This document shows, piece after piece, positions 18,886-27,035 of a stretch of DNA of 36,069 nt (its first letter is position 1; the number at the start of each line of letters is the position of its first letter). The position numbers were made by a program, and so were the translations under genes. This DNA comes from a virus (lineage: Duplodnaviria; Caudoviricetes). The DNA lies in IMG/VR virus record IMGVR_UViG_3300020044_009807, positions 1 through 36,069 of that record; one strand, written 5' to 3'. The notes under the pieces were generated by a model. It was given only the letters and a program-made list of their open reading frames with translations. It made no database searches and was not told the DNA's origin.

Positions 18886-20176
18886 GTTTCTCTACCATCT
18901 CAATCCTCTGGCCGATCCATCTCATTACCGGAACTGCCATTGAGTTCCCACAAGCTTTATATCTTGGCCCATCAGGACATTGGTCGGCAGACTTGTTGCG
19001 GTATGGGATAAGAGTCCAATCATCCGGGAATCCTTGTAACCTTTCGCACTCTTTTGGAGTCAATCTACGGATTGCCATTTTTGGTTGCAAAACTGCTCCA
19101 ACATGATTGACATCTGATGCAGAAGAGCCAATGGTTTGGGTTGTCTTGTGATTGACTGTTTGATTATAGCAATCAACGGCAACTGCTTGCTTAACCAAAG
19201 GAATATTTCCACCACCAGTCCCATAATTGGCAGAAACTGTTGTGCAAGTTTCTCCCATTTCCCTTACCCTTGAATCTTGTGCATGATTCTCATAAGCTAT
19301 TGGTTGCATAATCTGTTGATCTTGCGTAGTACCAATGGTAAACACCTTCTCATCTTGACCAAGGTATCCTTTCCCGGCTTTCTTCCCAGGTGTACCACCT
19401 TGCTCACCGGTTTCCGTTTCAGAACCTCCTCTCACTTTGAATGCGTGAGCAACAACATTAAATCCATCTGCCCTTGAATAGTCATCACAAGAAGTTTGTA
19501 AGGTTGCAGCCACATCAGACTCTATATTCCCTGCATAAGTTTTTACTCCTGATTGGCTACTGCCTCCAGAGCCTCCTTGAGCATCAATGGAAGTTGCTTT
19601 CCTCTTTTGTTTGCTCTCCTTAGAATTCCCCTGCAAGCAGTCGGACTCAAATAATACCGAGGCGCAAGGTCTCCAGTCTCCAAGGTATGCGACAACAAAG
19701 ACTCTTCTTCTTCTTTGGGCCACTCCGAAGTATTGAGCGTCAAGAATCCGGTAGGCGAACCCATACCCGAGTTCCCCCAACGCAGTGAGGAAGGTTGCAA
19801 AATCCCGTCCTCCGTTCGATGACAACACACCGGGGACATTTTCCCAGACAAGCCACCTTGGCTTCTTTCTTTCAGCCAAGCCAAGAAATGTGAGCATGAG
19901 ATTTCCCCTTGGGTCAGTAAGTCCCTTTCGAAGTCCTGCGACTGAGAAGCTTTGGCAGGGAGTTCCCCCCACAAGAAGGTCAATTGTTTTCCCATTAAAT
20001 ATTTCTGTTTCGTGAATTTTAGTCATGTCTCCCAAATTTGGCACAGTTGGGAATCTGTGTGCAAGAACTGCCGAAGGAAATGGTTCAATCTCTGAATACC
20101 ACTGGGCCTCCCATCCGAGGCTTTCCCAAGCTACTGAAGCTGCTTCAATGCCTGAGCATACTGATCCGTATCTCAT
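18869..20176 (-). CDS. DNA cytosine-5 methyltransferase (large polypeptide)
   Basis: Motif I variant SVCSGIEA, IV GTPCQSFS, VI ENVPG, VIII QRRRRVF, IX RLTPKECERLQGFPD, X GNSMAVPV. Confidence 0.95.
   Translation of the reverse strand: MRYGSVCSGIEAASVAWESLGWEAQWYSEIEPFPSAVLAHRFPTVPNLGDMTKIHETEIFNGKTIDLLVGGTPCQSFSVAGLRKGLTDPRGNLMLTFLGLAERKKPRWLVWENVPGVLSSNGGRDFATFLTALGELGYGFAYRILDAQYFGVAQRRRRVFVVAYLGDWRPCASVLFESDCLQGNSKESKQKRKATSIDAQGGSGGSSQSGVKTYAGNIESDVAATLQTSCDDYSRADGFNVVAHAFKVRGGSETETGEQGGTPGKKAGKGYLGQDEKVFTIGTTQDQQIMQPIAYENHAQDSRVREMGETCTTVSANYGTGGGNIPLVKQAVAVDCYNQTVNHKTTQTIGSSASDVNHVGAVLQPKMAIRRLTPKECERLQGFPDDWTLIPYRNKSADQCPDGPRYKACGNSMAVPVMRWIGQRIEMVEKLIADQ
19543..19995 (-). CDS. Nested alternative-frame gene resembling the M.EcoHK31I beta polypeptide
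   Basis: 150-aa ATG ORF in the +1 frame inside the MTase gene, ending SLLSHTLETGDLAPRYYLSPTACRGILRRANKRGKQLPLMLKEAL. Confidence 0.75.
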   Translation of the reverse strand: MGKQLTFLWGELPAKASQSQDFERDLLTQGEISCSHFLAWLKERSQGGLSGKMSPVCCHRTEDGILQPSSLRWGNSGMGSPTGFLTLNTSEWPKEEEESLLSHTLETGDLAPRYYLSPTACRGILRRANKRGKQLPLMLKEALEAVANQE

Positions 20177-20298
20177 TTAATCTTGGTCCACAACTTAACA
20201 AGTAAAAGGATTAGTAAAGCCAAATAAAGGCCATAGCAACTAATCTTGAAGAACGCATCAATCATCATTCTCCGGACATCTCTTGAACCCATAATCAT
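20173..20298 (-). CDS. 41-aa membrane peptide (not in ORF track)
   Basis: MIMGSRDVRRMMIDAFFKISCYGLYLALLILLLVKLWTKIK. ATGA overlaps with both the upstream stop and the MTase start. Confidence 0.7.
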   Translation of the reverse strand: MIMGSRDVRRMMIDAFFKISCYGLYLALLILLLVKLWTKIK

Positions 20299-20618
20299 AT
20301 GAATTTATTCCCATGTAAAGTTACGGCCATTGGCTCTTTGAAGGAAACACTATCGCCATCCCAGAAAGCAATATTGTGTTCATAATCCTCCTTGCTAATC
20401 TTGACAACCTGAGTGATAGAAGACATAGTATCAGAGACAAATAGTGAAACTATAAAAAACTCATCCACATACTGACTTGCTGGCGAATGAGCAAAGGACA
20501 TCCATCCTCCGATGGATTGAATTGTTTTTGCAATTGCTTCCATGTCTTCGTGATGAAGGCTTACCGATAGTTTGTTACCGATATACACACGAGAATAATT
20601 AAACTTATCAATGGTCAT
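20295..20618 (-). CDS. Hypothetical protein
   Basis: 107-aa ORF, first gene after the minus-strand promoter, with an A-rich leader. Confidence 0.7.
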   Translation of the reverse strand: MTIDKFNYSRVYIGNKLSVSLHHEDMEAIAKTIQSIGGWMSFAHSPASQYVDEFFIVSLFVSDTMSSITQVVKISKEDYEHNIAFWDGDSVSFKEPMAVTLHGNKFI

Positions 20619-20641
20619 TTTTTTCTTGTATTTTGTTTCTG

Positions 20642-20674
20642 CAAATCTAATATCGAAATTATTAATTCTGCAAA
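20642..20674 (-). promoter_or_regulatory. Bacteroidota promoter (TTTG-N21-TAGATTTG) for the MTase operon
   Basis: CAAATCTA at 20642-20649 and CAAA at 20671-20674 on the + strand. Confidence 0.7.
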
Positions 20675-20701
20675 TATTATTTCACATAGCGCAAAGAAAA
20701 A

Positions 20702-21208
20702 ATGGCAAACAATGTTTACGACACATTCAAGGAGTTTTTCTCCCAACAAAGAAAGAACTTCTTTGAGGCATCTATACCGGCCAAGGTTCTGAGGGAAGCT
20801 GCTATCTTCTCTGCCGGTGATGTAAAGGATAGGGTTCAACAGAAAGGTCTAAAGTCTGATAATACAACTCTACCGCCTTATTCTACTAATCCTTTTGCAA
20901 GGCCACAAGGAATTAGAGGAACCGGGAAGTGGAAGAAGTATCCTGGTGGATACAAAGAGTTCAGGGAACAGAATAAGAGACAGACTCAACACATGGATCT
21001 TACTTTGTCCGATGATATGTTTAATTCATGGAGGCCAAAGCCAATTGATAATAGGTCTTATGGAGTTGCCTTTGTTTCTCCCCAGATGGCTGAAAGAGCA
21101 GGATTCCATGAAACAAAATTTGGTCCTATATTTGGCCTTACTCCGCAGGAGGAGCAAGATGCCCTCCAGACTATTAATGCAAGTGCGATTAAATTCTTAG
21201 AACGATGA
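20702..21208 (+). CDS. Probable neck / tail completion protein
   Basis: 168-aa basic protein with MDLTLSDDM and IFGLTPQE patterns typical of virion morphogenesis (Mu gpG-like) proteins. Confidence 0.55.
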   Translation: MANNVYDTFKEFFSQQRKNFFEASIPAKVLREAAIFSAGDVKDRVQQKGLKSDNTTLPPYSTNPFARPQGIRGTGKWKKYPGGYKEFREQNKRQTQHMDLTLSDDMFNSWRPKPIDNRSYGVAFVSPQMAERAGFHETKFGPIFGLTPQEEQDALQTINASAIKFLER

Positions 21209-21684
21209 CCCAGACATACACCGTAGAAAACTCACTCCAGGCTTTATGCCAATCTCTTTCCGAGTATTACGGATTACGGATTAAGTATTATGGAGAGGCT
21301 ACCGAAAGTCTGGTTCAGGATTCCGCAGCAAACTATGTAACCATAGATGGTAACCAGTTCTGCTCTGTGGATGACCAGTACGACTTGGTTATCTTTTTAG
21401 TTAGGCAGAATTCCACACCTAATCCTCAGCCAGGAGGAGGTAGGAGAAATATCCTGACCAGAAATGTCACCTTCAAATTGGTATGTAATACTAAGCATCA
21501 GGGAGAAGAGTTTGTTATTTCTACAATGATAAACGCAACAAGTCACATGGAGTACGATGGCAGTTCCTTTGATTCAAAATCAATTGCTCAGGAATACTTT
21601 GGCCTTCCAGAAAGAAACTTTGAAACCAATTTCTTTACGGTTGACTTTAACATCACCGAAAAGATTACTTGCCTGCCCTGCTGA
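21205..21684 (+). CDS. Probable tail terminator / neck protein
   Basis: 159-aa acidic ORF, ATGA-coupled to the previous gene. Ends CLPC. Function inferred from context. Confidence 0.45.
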   Translation: MTQTYTVENSLQALCQSLSEYYGLRIKYYGEATESLVQDSAANYVTIDGNQFCSVDDQYDLVIFLVRQNSTPNPQPGGGRRNILTRNVTFKLVCNTKHQGEEFVISTMINATSHMEYDGSSFDSKSIAQEYFGLPERNFETNFFTVDFNITEKITCLPC

Positions 21685-21819
21685 TTACTGGGTAGGTTGT
21701 TGTGTGGCCGGTGTAGTGGGTACTGGTTGAACCGCCCCGGCTACCGGAGCAGTGGCTGCTCCTCCAGACTGGCCATAATAGGTATTTCTCTTGGTTCTTT
21801 TTTTGCCTCTGCCTCCCAT
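21685..21819 (-). CDS. 44-aa MGGRG-motif peptide (not in ORF track)
   Basis: MGGRGKKRTKRNTYYGQSGGAATAPVAGAVQPVPTTPATQQPTQ*. Its stop abuts the convergent gene's stop exactly. A-rich leader. Confidence 0.7.
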   Translation of the reverse strand: MGGRGKKRTKRNTYYGQSGGAATAPVAGAVQPVPTTPATQQPTQ

Positions 21820-22457
21820 TGTTTTTTTCTTTTTGTAAAAAATGAGTCCAGAAATAACACATCTGGATGGTGATACAAATGTCTATTTTTTTTGCCTGAC
21901 ATGAATAGAATTTGTTTTGGCTTTAGAACCTCAATCATCCGGTGATATCCAAGGTCAAAGTAGTATCGTTCTTCGTTATTAAGGATGCCCACATCGGACA
22001 CGGCCACTATTGATCCTTTGGCCACTCCATTAAAGCAGAACTCAAAGGACTTCTCATCGGCCCAGGTAATGGTTGGAATTACATTTAGTCCCATAGTCTG
22101 CCAGAGATTACCAATCATTCTATTGCGGAAGGTATTCCACATCAGCATTGGCTTTGGCATCCCGATGAGCAGGGAAAAGTCTGGGGACATAATTTGTCCA
22201 ATTTGTAAATGAAGGAATCTTCGGCCATATCGTTCCGGTTGGTTCCAGAGTCTTTCCAGATGGTAATCATCCAGAAAGGTGGATACTGTGCATCCTTCAA
22301 CTATCTTTTTTCTGTCATTTACATTAACTAAGTATTTGACATTTGCATTAGTGCAATTTATTTCAGGCCAATCATCATCCGAAATAAGCAGTGAGGAATT
22401 GAGGGAATCCCATCCACCTGGTTTCTTTGCCCAATTGTCAGAAGTTCTTGTATCCAT
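21741..22457 (-). CDS. DUF4417 family protein
   Basis: FLDDYHLERLWNQP, SPDFSL, WNTFRNR, GLNVIPTITW and FCFNGV motifs. Confidence 0.85.
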   Translation of the reverse strand: MDTRTSDNWAKKPGGWDSLNSSLLISDDDWPEINCTNANVKYLVNVNDRKKIVEGCTVSTFLDDYHLERLWNQPERYGRRFLHLQIGQIMSPDFSLLIGMPKPMLMWNTFRNRMIGNLWQTMGLNVIPTITWADEKSFEFCFNGVAKGSIVAVSDVGILNNEERYYFDLGYHRMIEVLKPKQILFMSGKKNRHLYHHPDVLFLDSFFTKRKKQWEAEAKKEPREIPIMASLEEQPLLR

Positions 22458-22462
22458 CTATA

Positions 22463-22493
22463 TTTGAAAATGCAAATATTCAATTTAGATTTG
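22463..22493 (+). promoter_or_regulatory. Bacteroidota promoter (TTTG-N19-TAGATTTG) for the GT25-capsid operon
   Basis: Both elements present at canonical spacing. Confidence 0.7.
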
Positions 22494-22511
22494 CAAGAAA
22501 TATTCTACTTG

Positions 22512-23180
22512 ATGAAAATTCCTCTGGATAAAATAGTTTTTATCAATATGGACAAGTCCGTATTCAGGAGGAAGAGCCTATTGGCTCATTTTGAAGAGTT
22601 GAATCTTCAGGATAAAAATGGTGATGCCCCGATAAGAATTAATGGGGTGGATGGCAATTTTGTCAAGCATCAGGTTGTAGCTAAGAAAAGTCGTGGTCAC
22701 AAAGGACTTCCAATATCCATATCCGAGATAGGTTGCTATGCTGCTCACCGAGAAATAATGGAAATGCAAATTGAAAATGGGTGGGAATATGTAATGTACC
22801 TGGAGGATGATGTCCGGTTTAACAAAAAGAATCTGGAGACATTAATTGCAAACTGGGACTCACTTCCTGAGTTTGAAATGTTAAATCTTTCATGGGCCTA
22901 CTATAAAAGACCAGAAAATCCGGTCTGGGAGAAAATTCCATTCCCAGGTCTCAAGAATTTTTACAAAGGAGATGGGATGTGGCTTTGCCAGTCATATATT
23001 CTGTCTTTAGCCGGAGCCAAGTATGCTTATGAATATACAAGTGTACAGACTCACGGCCTTGATTGGCATTATTCAACCATGCAGACCAATATGAAATCCT
23101 ATGGTTTCAAGTATGGGGAAATATCCAAGCAGGACAACAGAGGAAGTGGAATGCGTTCAACAATAATTCATACATCATAA
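22512..23180 (+). CDS. Glycosyltransferase family 25
   Basis: FINMDKSVFRR, INGVDG, SEIGCYAAH, YLEDDV, SYILSLAGAK motifs. ATG 22512 preferred to TTG 22464. Confidence 0.85.
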   Translation: MKIPLDKIVFINMDKSVFRRKSLLAHFEELNLQDKNGDAPIRINGVDGNFVKHQVVAKKSRGHKGLPISISEIGCYAAHREIMEMQIENGWEYVMYLEDDVRFNKKNLETLIANWDSLPEFEMLNLSWAYYKRPENPVWEKIPFPGLKNFYKGDGMWLCQSYILSLAGAKYAYEYTSVQTHGLDWHYSTMQTNMKSYGFKYGEISKQDNRGSGMRSTIIHTS

Positions 23181-23191
23181 ACGACAGAACA

Positions 23192-23650
23192 ATGACAGAT
23201 GGTTTAGATTACATCCGCAAAGAAGTTGCCGAGAAAGGCAACAAAGCAAGAGTAACAATTGTAAGATGGGAGATTGACCCAAAAACTGGGGCGCAAGATG
23301 TTCCAATTAAACTTACAGTAAATGGTAAATTGGCTCTTCAGGAATTGCAGAAGCCAGTTAATAAAAGGTCTTTTGCATGGAGCCGTATTAGACCATTAGG
23401 TCAGGAGCCATACAGAGAAAATAGCATCAATGAAGGAAGCCTTTCCGATCCTATCCTTCGTGCTAAACTTAAAGATGCTCTTCGTGCAGAAATTGAGGCC
23501 GAGGTAAAAGCAGAACTTACCGGAACTTCTCTGGATACCACAGACCTGGTTGAAAAGCCTAAGAAGAAAAAGAAAATCGAAGTAGCAACTGAGCCAGAAG
23601 AAGAGATTACTGATTCTCCGGAGCCAACTGAATTTAACGAGTCCCTATGA
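23192..23650 (+). CDS. Hypothetical protein with Lys/Glu-rich C-terminal tail
   Basis: ATG 23192 just after the GT25 stop. ATGA-coupled to the next gene. Confidence 0.7.
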   Translation: MTDGLDYIRKEVAEKGNKARVTIVRWEIDPKTGAQDVPIKLTVNGKLALQELQKPVNKRSFAWSRIRPLGQEPYRENSINEGSLSDPILRAKLKDALRAEIEAEVKAELTGTSLDTTDLVEKPKKKKKIEVATEPEEEITDSPEPTEFNESL

Positions 23651-24543
23651 ACATAAAAGAATTTTTAATTGCTCAGGCCAAGAGGGCCGGAGTAGATCAA
23701 GACCCCGAATTCCAGTTGATGATTTCTGCATCGGCCTTGAATGATATTCAAGTCCCAGATGCCGTAGAGCAAAGGTTCAACACAAACTTGTTTGACAGTG
23801 AACTGGCCAAATCTAATCTGGACCTGAAAACCCATTTCATTAAGAATTACATGATGGGTTACGATGAGGAGATTGTAAATCTGGCTAAACAATATGGCTT
23901 TGATGACCAATCTGTGAATGAACTTAAAATCACAAAGAATTCAGGTGACAAGGTGAAGCTTGCATTTAAGAAACTCAAAGACCTGGAAGAGAAAGCAAAG
24001 CAATCATCTAACAAAGATGTCTCTGATGAGTACATGAAGAAGATTGCCGAGGCTCAAGCCAGAGTTGATGAGGCTATGCAGAAGGCCGATATTGAGAAAA
24101 GCATTGTGGCAGATAAATACATTGCCAAAATGAAACAACTCTGGGAGCAGACTCAATTAAACGGTATCCAATGGAATGATAATGTTCCAGAGGCTGCCAG
24201 GATTCCTGCTTATCAGGCCGTACTTGATAGCAAATTGGCTCAATTGGATGGAAGGATTATGTACGATCCTGAAAGAAATGTGGCCAAGCTTGTCAATGCA
24301 AAAGATGAATCTTTACCACTGGTAGTGAACGGAAAAGAATTCTCATATTCTGATCTTTCAATATTAGTTTTGCAAGAGAATAAATTGTTGAAGGAAAAAG
24401 GGATGGGTGGCACTGCCCCGGACTTTCAACAAGGCACAACCCCTCAAGTCTCGTTTGTTCCACAAACGCAAGGTACCCAAATTCCTGCCTCCATTCGGGG
24501 CGCATTGGCCGATATTAGCAATATCGCTGCCAATTACAAATAG
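23647..24543 (+). CDS. Probable capsid scaffolding protein
   Basis: Charged coiled-coil protein with a low-complexity C-terminal tail, directly before the capsid gene. Confidence 0.65.
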   Translation: MNIKEFLIAQAKRAGVDQDPEFQLMISASALNDIQVPDAVEQRFNTNLFDSELAKSNLDLKTHFIKNYMMGYDEEIVNLAKQYGFDDQSVNELKITKNSGDKVKLAFKKLKDLEEKAKQSSNKDVSDEYMKKIAEAQARVDEAMQKADIEKSIVADKYIAKMKQLWEQTQLNGIQWNDNVPEAARIPAYQAVLDSKLAQLDGRIMYDPERNVAKLVNAKDESLPLVVNGKEFSYSDLSILVLQENKLLKEKGMGGTAPDFQQGTTPQVSFVPQTQGTQIPASIRGALADISNIAANYK

Positions 24544-24551
24544 AATTTACT

Positions 24552-25688
24552 ATGTCTGTAGCATCACAAAACATTTGTCCTGCGATTCTAACATCGCTTT
24601 CGGACAACCTAATAAACAATAGTGCCAATGTGAACATTCACGGTGGTACTCTTGCTGCCCTTAACGATCCTTCAAACCTTTCCACCGGAACTATCATTCG
24701 CCAAGCGAACAACGATGGTACTGGTCACTCTAAGGATGTTCGTATCGTTTACAAGCAAAGACTTACTGCCGATGATACGGTAACAACCAAGTCTTGTGAC
24801 TTCGATGGTCCTCTTCCGTACCTTGAGATTCCTTTTCAGGTAACTCAGTATCGTGGAGTATCCTTCAGCATGACTGAGGAGCAACTTCGTGTATATTGTG
24901 CAGCTTATTCTGACCTGGTTCAGTTGACTGGTTCAACAGATCCTAATCAGATTGTTCAAAGAGCAAACGGAATTGGCCGTGCCGGTGGAGCCTTGTCAGT
25001 AGTTCGTGAAATGTATAATGATTTCCAACTTGCTGCTAATGCTCTTATCCAGTCAATGAACCAAGACCTTGTAACATCAATTGCCGGTTCATTCGGGGCA
25101 TGGTATGGTCAAGGTGGAACAATTGCTTCTGAGACATATGAAGTAGAAGATTCTGCTAATGGTTCATTGATTCCAAAAGGTCTCTTCACAATGAAGCAGG
25201 CTTACATGAACTCTGGATTCAATGGCGCACCGATTGTTATTGGTGGATCAGGAGCATTGCAAAGGGTTTGGATGAATGATAGCCGTTATTTCGGTCAGGC
25301 TGCTAACGGTCTTGATTATTCAACCGTTCGTAACAATACTGGTATTGCCCAGTTCTATTTCGATCCAAACATCACTGGCGCACCTTTGACTTCTGTTGAT
25401 TCAGCAATCGTGTTTGCTCCAGGTTCTTTGGTGTACACTCCGTTCCTTCAGTATGTTGGAAACTTTGGTCAAATCGGTATAATGAACCGTTTCACTATGC
25501 CAATCCCAGGATTGCCACAAGTTAAGTGTGATGTTCGTATCCTTCCGGACGAATGTAACGAGACTTATGCGGTCTGGATGGAGTGTTATTTCGATGTTTT
25601 CGCATCACCAACTACTCTATTCAAGAGTACCGATGATAACTATCACATCAACGGTATCTTCGAAGCCGAGTTCACTTCTGCGCCTTAA
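24552..25688 (+). CDS. Probable major capsid protein
   Basis: 378 aa, follows the scaffold-like gene, strongly biased codons (CGT, GGT, AAC, TTC), ends at a strong terminator. Confidence 0.75.
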   Translation: MSVASQNICPAILTSLSDNLINNSANVNIHGGTLAALNDPSNLSTGTIIRQANNDGTGHSKDVRIVYKQRLTADDTVTTKSCDFDGPLPYLEIPFQVTQYRGVSFSMTEEQLRVYCAAYSDLVQLTGSTDPNQIVQRANGIGRAGGALSVVREMYNDFQLAANALIQSMNQDLVTSIAGSFGAWYGQGGTIASETYEVEDSANGSLIPKGLFTMKQAYMNSGFNGAPIVIGGSGALQRVWMNDSRYFGQAANGLDYSTVRNNTGIAQFYFDPNITGAPLTSVDSAIVFAPGSLVYTPFLQYVGNFGQIGIMNRFTMPIPGLPQVKCDVRILPDECNETYAVWMECYFDVFASPTTLFKSTDDNYHINGIFEAEFTSAP

Positions 25689-25702
25689 TCGTAGATTGAC
25701 AC

Positions 25703-25739
25703 AAAAAAAAGAGGGGGGCCAAAAGCCTCCCTTTTTTTT
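25703..25739. terminator. Bidirectional intrinsic terminator
   Basis: A-run, GGGGGGC-CAAAA-GCCTCCC stem-loop, T-run, between convergent genes. Confidence 0.8.
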
Positions 25740-25772
25740 ATCATTAAACACATAAAAAAAAATGCTGAAAAC

Positions 25773-26276
25773 CTATTTTATCTGTAAGCCGTAGTTCTCT
25801 TTCATAGTTGCTCCGGGAACTTCCAGACCATCTTTGATGGCCTGAGAAATTGTTGACTTACTGATTTCTTTTTTGATGGCCCAGAATTCATCTGGGACTT
25901 CATTCTCATTAGTTATTTCCACGGACTGAGACTTACGCAAAGATAGCTTGAATAAAGCGGTCTCAAAAGCCTTGTTGCCAGTCTTAGGATTCTCATTGCC
26001 AAATACCATTAGCGCATCTCTGAGAGTCTCTCTGAGCCTTGTAGCCGTATTCTCTTTGGTCTTCTTTATTGCCTGAATCCTTTTGATTTCAGAAGCAGCT
26101 TGATCTGCCTCAGACTCAAGTTTTAATATAAACTTTGAGTATGCCTCAGCCTTGTGTTGGAAGTTCTCCCTGCGGATAGCAAGGTCTTCCATAATTTCAT
26201 CAGTTACCTCACCACCGTTCTCCTCCATCATACTGATGAAGTTCATCTCTTCGATGGTTAATTGCCAGATATTCAT
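25773..26276 (-). CDS. Siphovirus Gp157-like protein
   Basis: EENGGEVTDE N-terminus, coiled coil, FKLSLRKSQSVEI and IKDGLEVPGA C-terminus. Confidence 0.85.
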   Translation of the reverse strand: MNIWQLTIEEMNFISMMEENGGEVTDEIMEDLAIRRENFQHKAEAYSKFILKLESEADQAASEIKRIQAIKKTKENTATRLRETLRDALMVFGNENPKTGNKAFETALFKLSLRKSQSVEITNENEVPDEFWAIKKEISKSTISQAIKDGLEVPGATMKENYGLQIK

Positions 26277-26291
26277 AATAATAGTAATTAT

Positions 26292-26945
26292 TTAAAAAGG
26301 GAGTTCATCTTCTGGTTCTGCTAAAGTCCAAGCATCAACTTTGCTCTGGACTTGCTCCATATGGGCTACTTGTGGTGACTTCAGAGCCTGATATTCCTTA
26401 GAGGTCATAATCTTGGCCTTAATCCAATCTGGGAGGGAATCAAACTTAGCCTGATCGAAGGCATCAAGTTCAAATACGAATGATGGATTTACCTGAGCAG
26501 GAGCATTAAAGCCTTTCATTAAGGCAGATACACTTGATATCTTGGCGAAGAATTCACCTGGATTGTTTTTGCGTGGTTCATGGATGATGCTCAACTGACA
26601 AGGAACACCTACCAGTCTTGATACATCAAATCCAACTGCTTCTTCCTCAGTAAATCCTTTCCCTCTCCATGAAGTCAGGAAGGCTCTGAGGGTTGACTTT
26701 GCGTGCATTGATAATGCGAACTCTTTGGATACGGAAATAGGTTGCTCTCCCTTCTCCTGCGTGAATACCTTCATCTCAGTTGGAAGTTCCCATTCAATCA
26801 GGACCTTATTGACCCAACGGCTTTCTCCGTTGTATTCATCCTGAATAGTTCCAATGTGAATCATTTTGTAGCACCGGGCTACGAATGTACCGGCAGGAGC
26901 CAGAGTCCTCTCTGCTTGTGCCTTTGTTGTTGCGGTGATTGCCAT
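26292..26945 (-). CDS. Phage ssDNA-binding-like protein (NGO0469-type family)
   Basis: PAGTFVARCYKMIHIGT, SMHAKSTLRAFLTSWRG, LPDWIKAKI and acidic DELPF tail. Confidence 0.75.
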   Translation of the reverse strand: MAITATTKAQAERTLAPAGTFVARCYKMIHIGTIQDEYNGESRWVNKVLIEWELPTEMKVFTQEKGEQPISVSKEFALSMHAKSTLRAFLTSWRGKGFTEEEAVGFDVSRLVGVPCQLSIIHEPRKNNPGEFFAKISSVSALMKGFNAPAQVNPSFVFELDAFDQAKFDSLPDWIKAKIMTSKEYQALKSPQVAHMEQVQSKVDAWTLAEPEDELPF

Positions 26946-26968
26946 TTTTTACTTGATTTTTTGTGATG

Positions 26969-26976
26969 CAAAGATA
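26969..26976 (-). promoter_or_regulatory. Bacteroidota -7 promoter element
   Basis: TATCTTTG on the minus strand, with TTTG 22 nt upstream. Confidence 0.6.
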
Positions 26977-27035
26977 AGACTTGTTGTTTCAATATATGCA
27001 AATAAAATTTACAATATTTTTTAAGTTGGTGATTG

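Noticed and set aside
21665-21862. 65-aa minus-strand ORF from the track
   Set aside because: The MGGRG ORF in another frame (21685-21819) fits the packing and motif evidence better.
25744-25794. TTAAACACAT-A-run-ATG leader resembling the early-gene leaders, opening a 10-codon ORF
   Set aside because: Lies just after a strong terminator and antisense to the Gp157-like gene end; too short to support.
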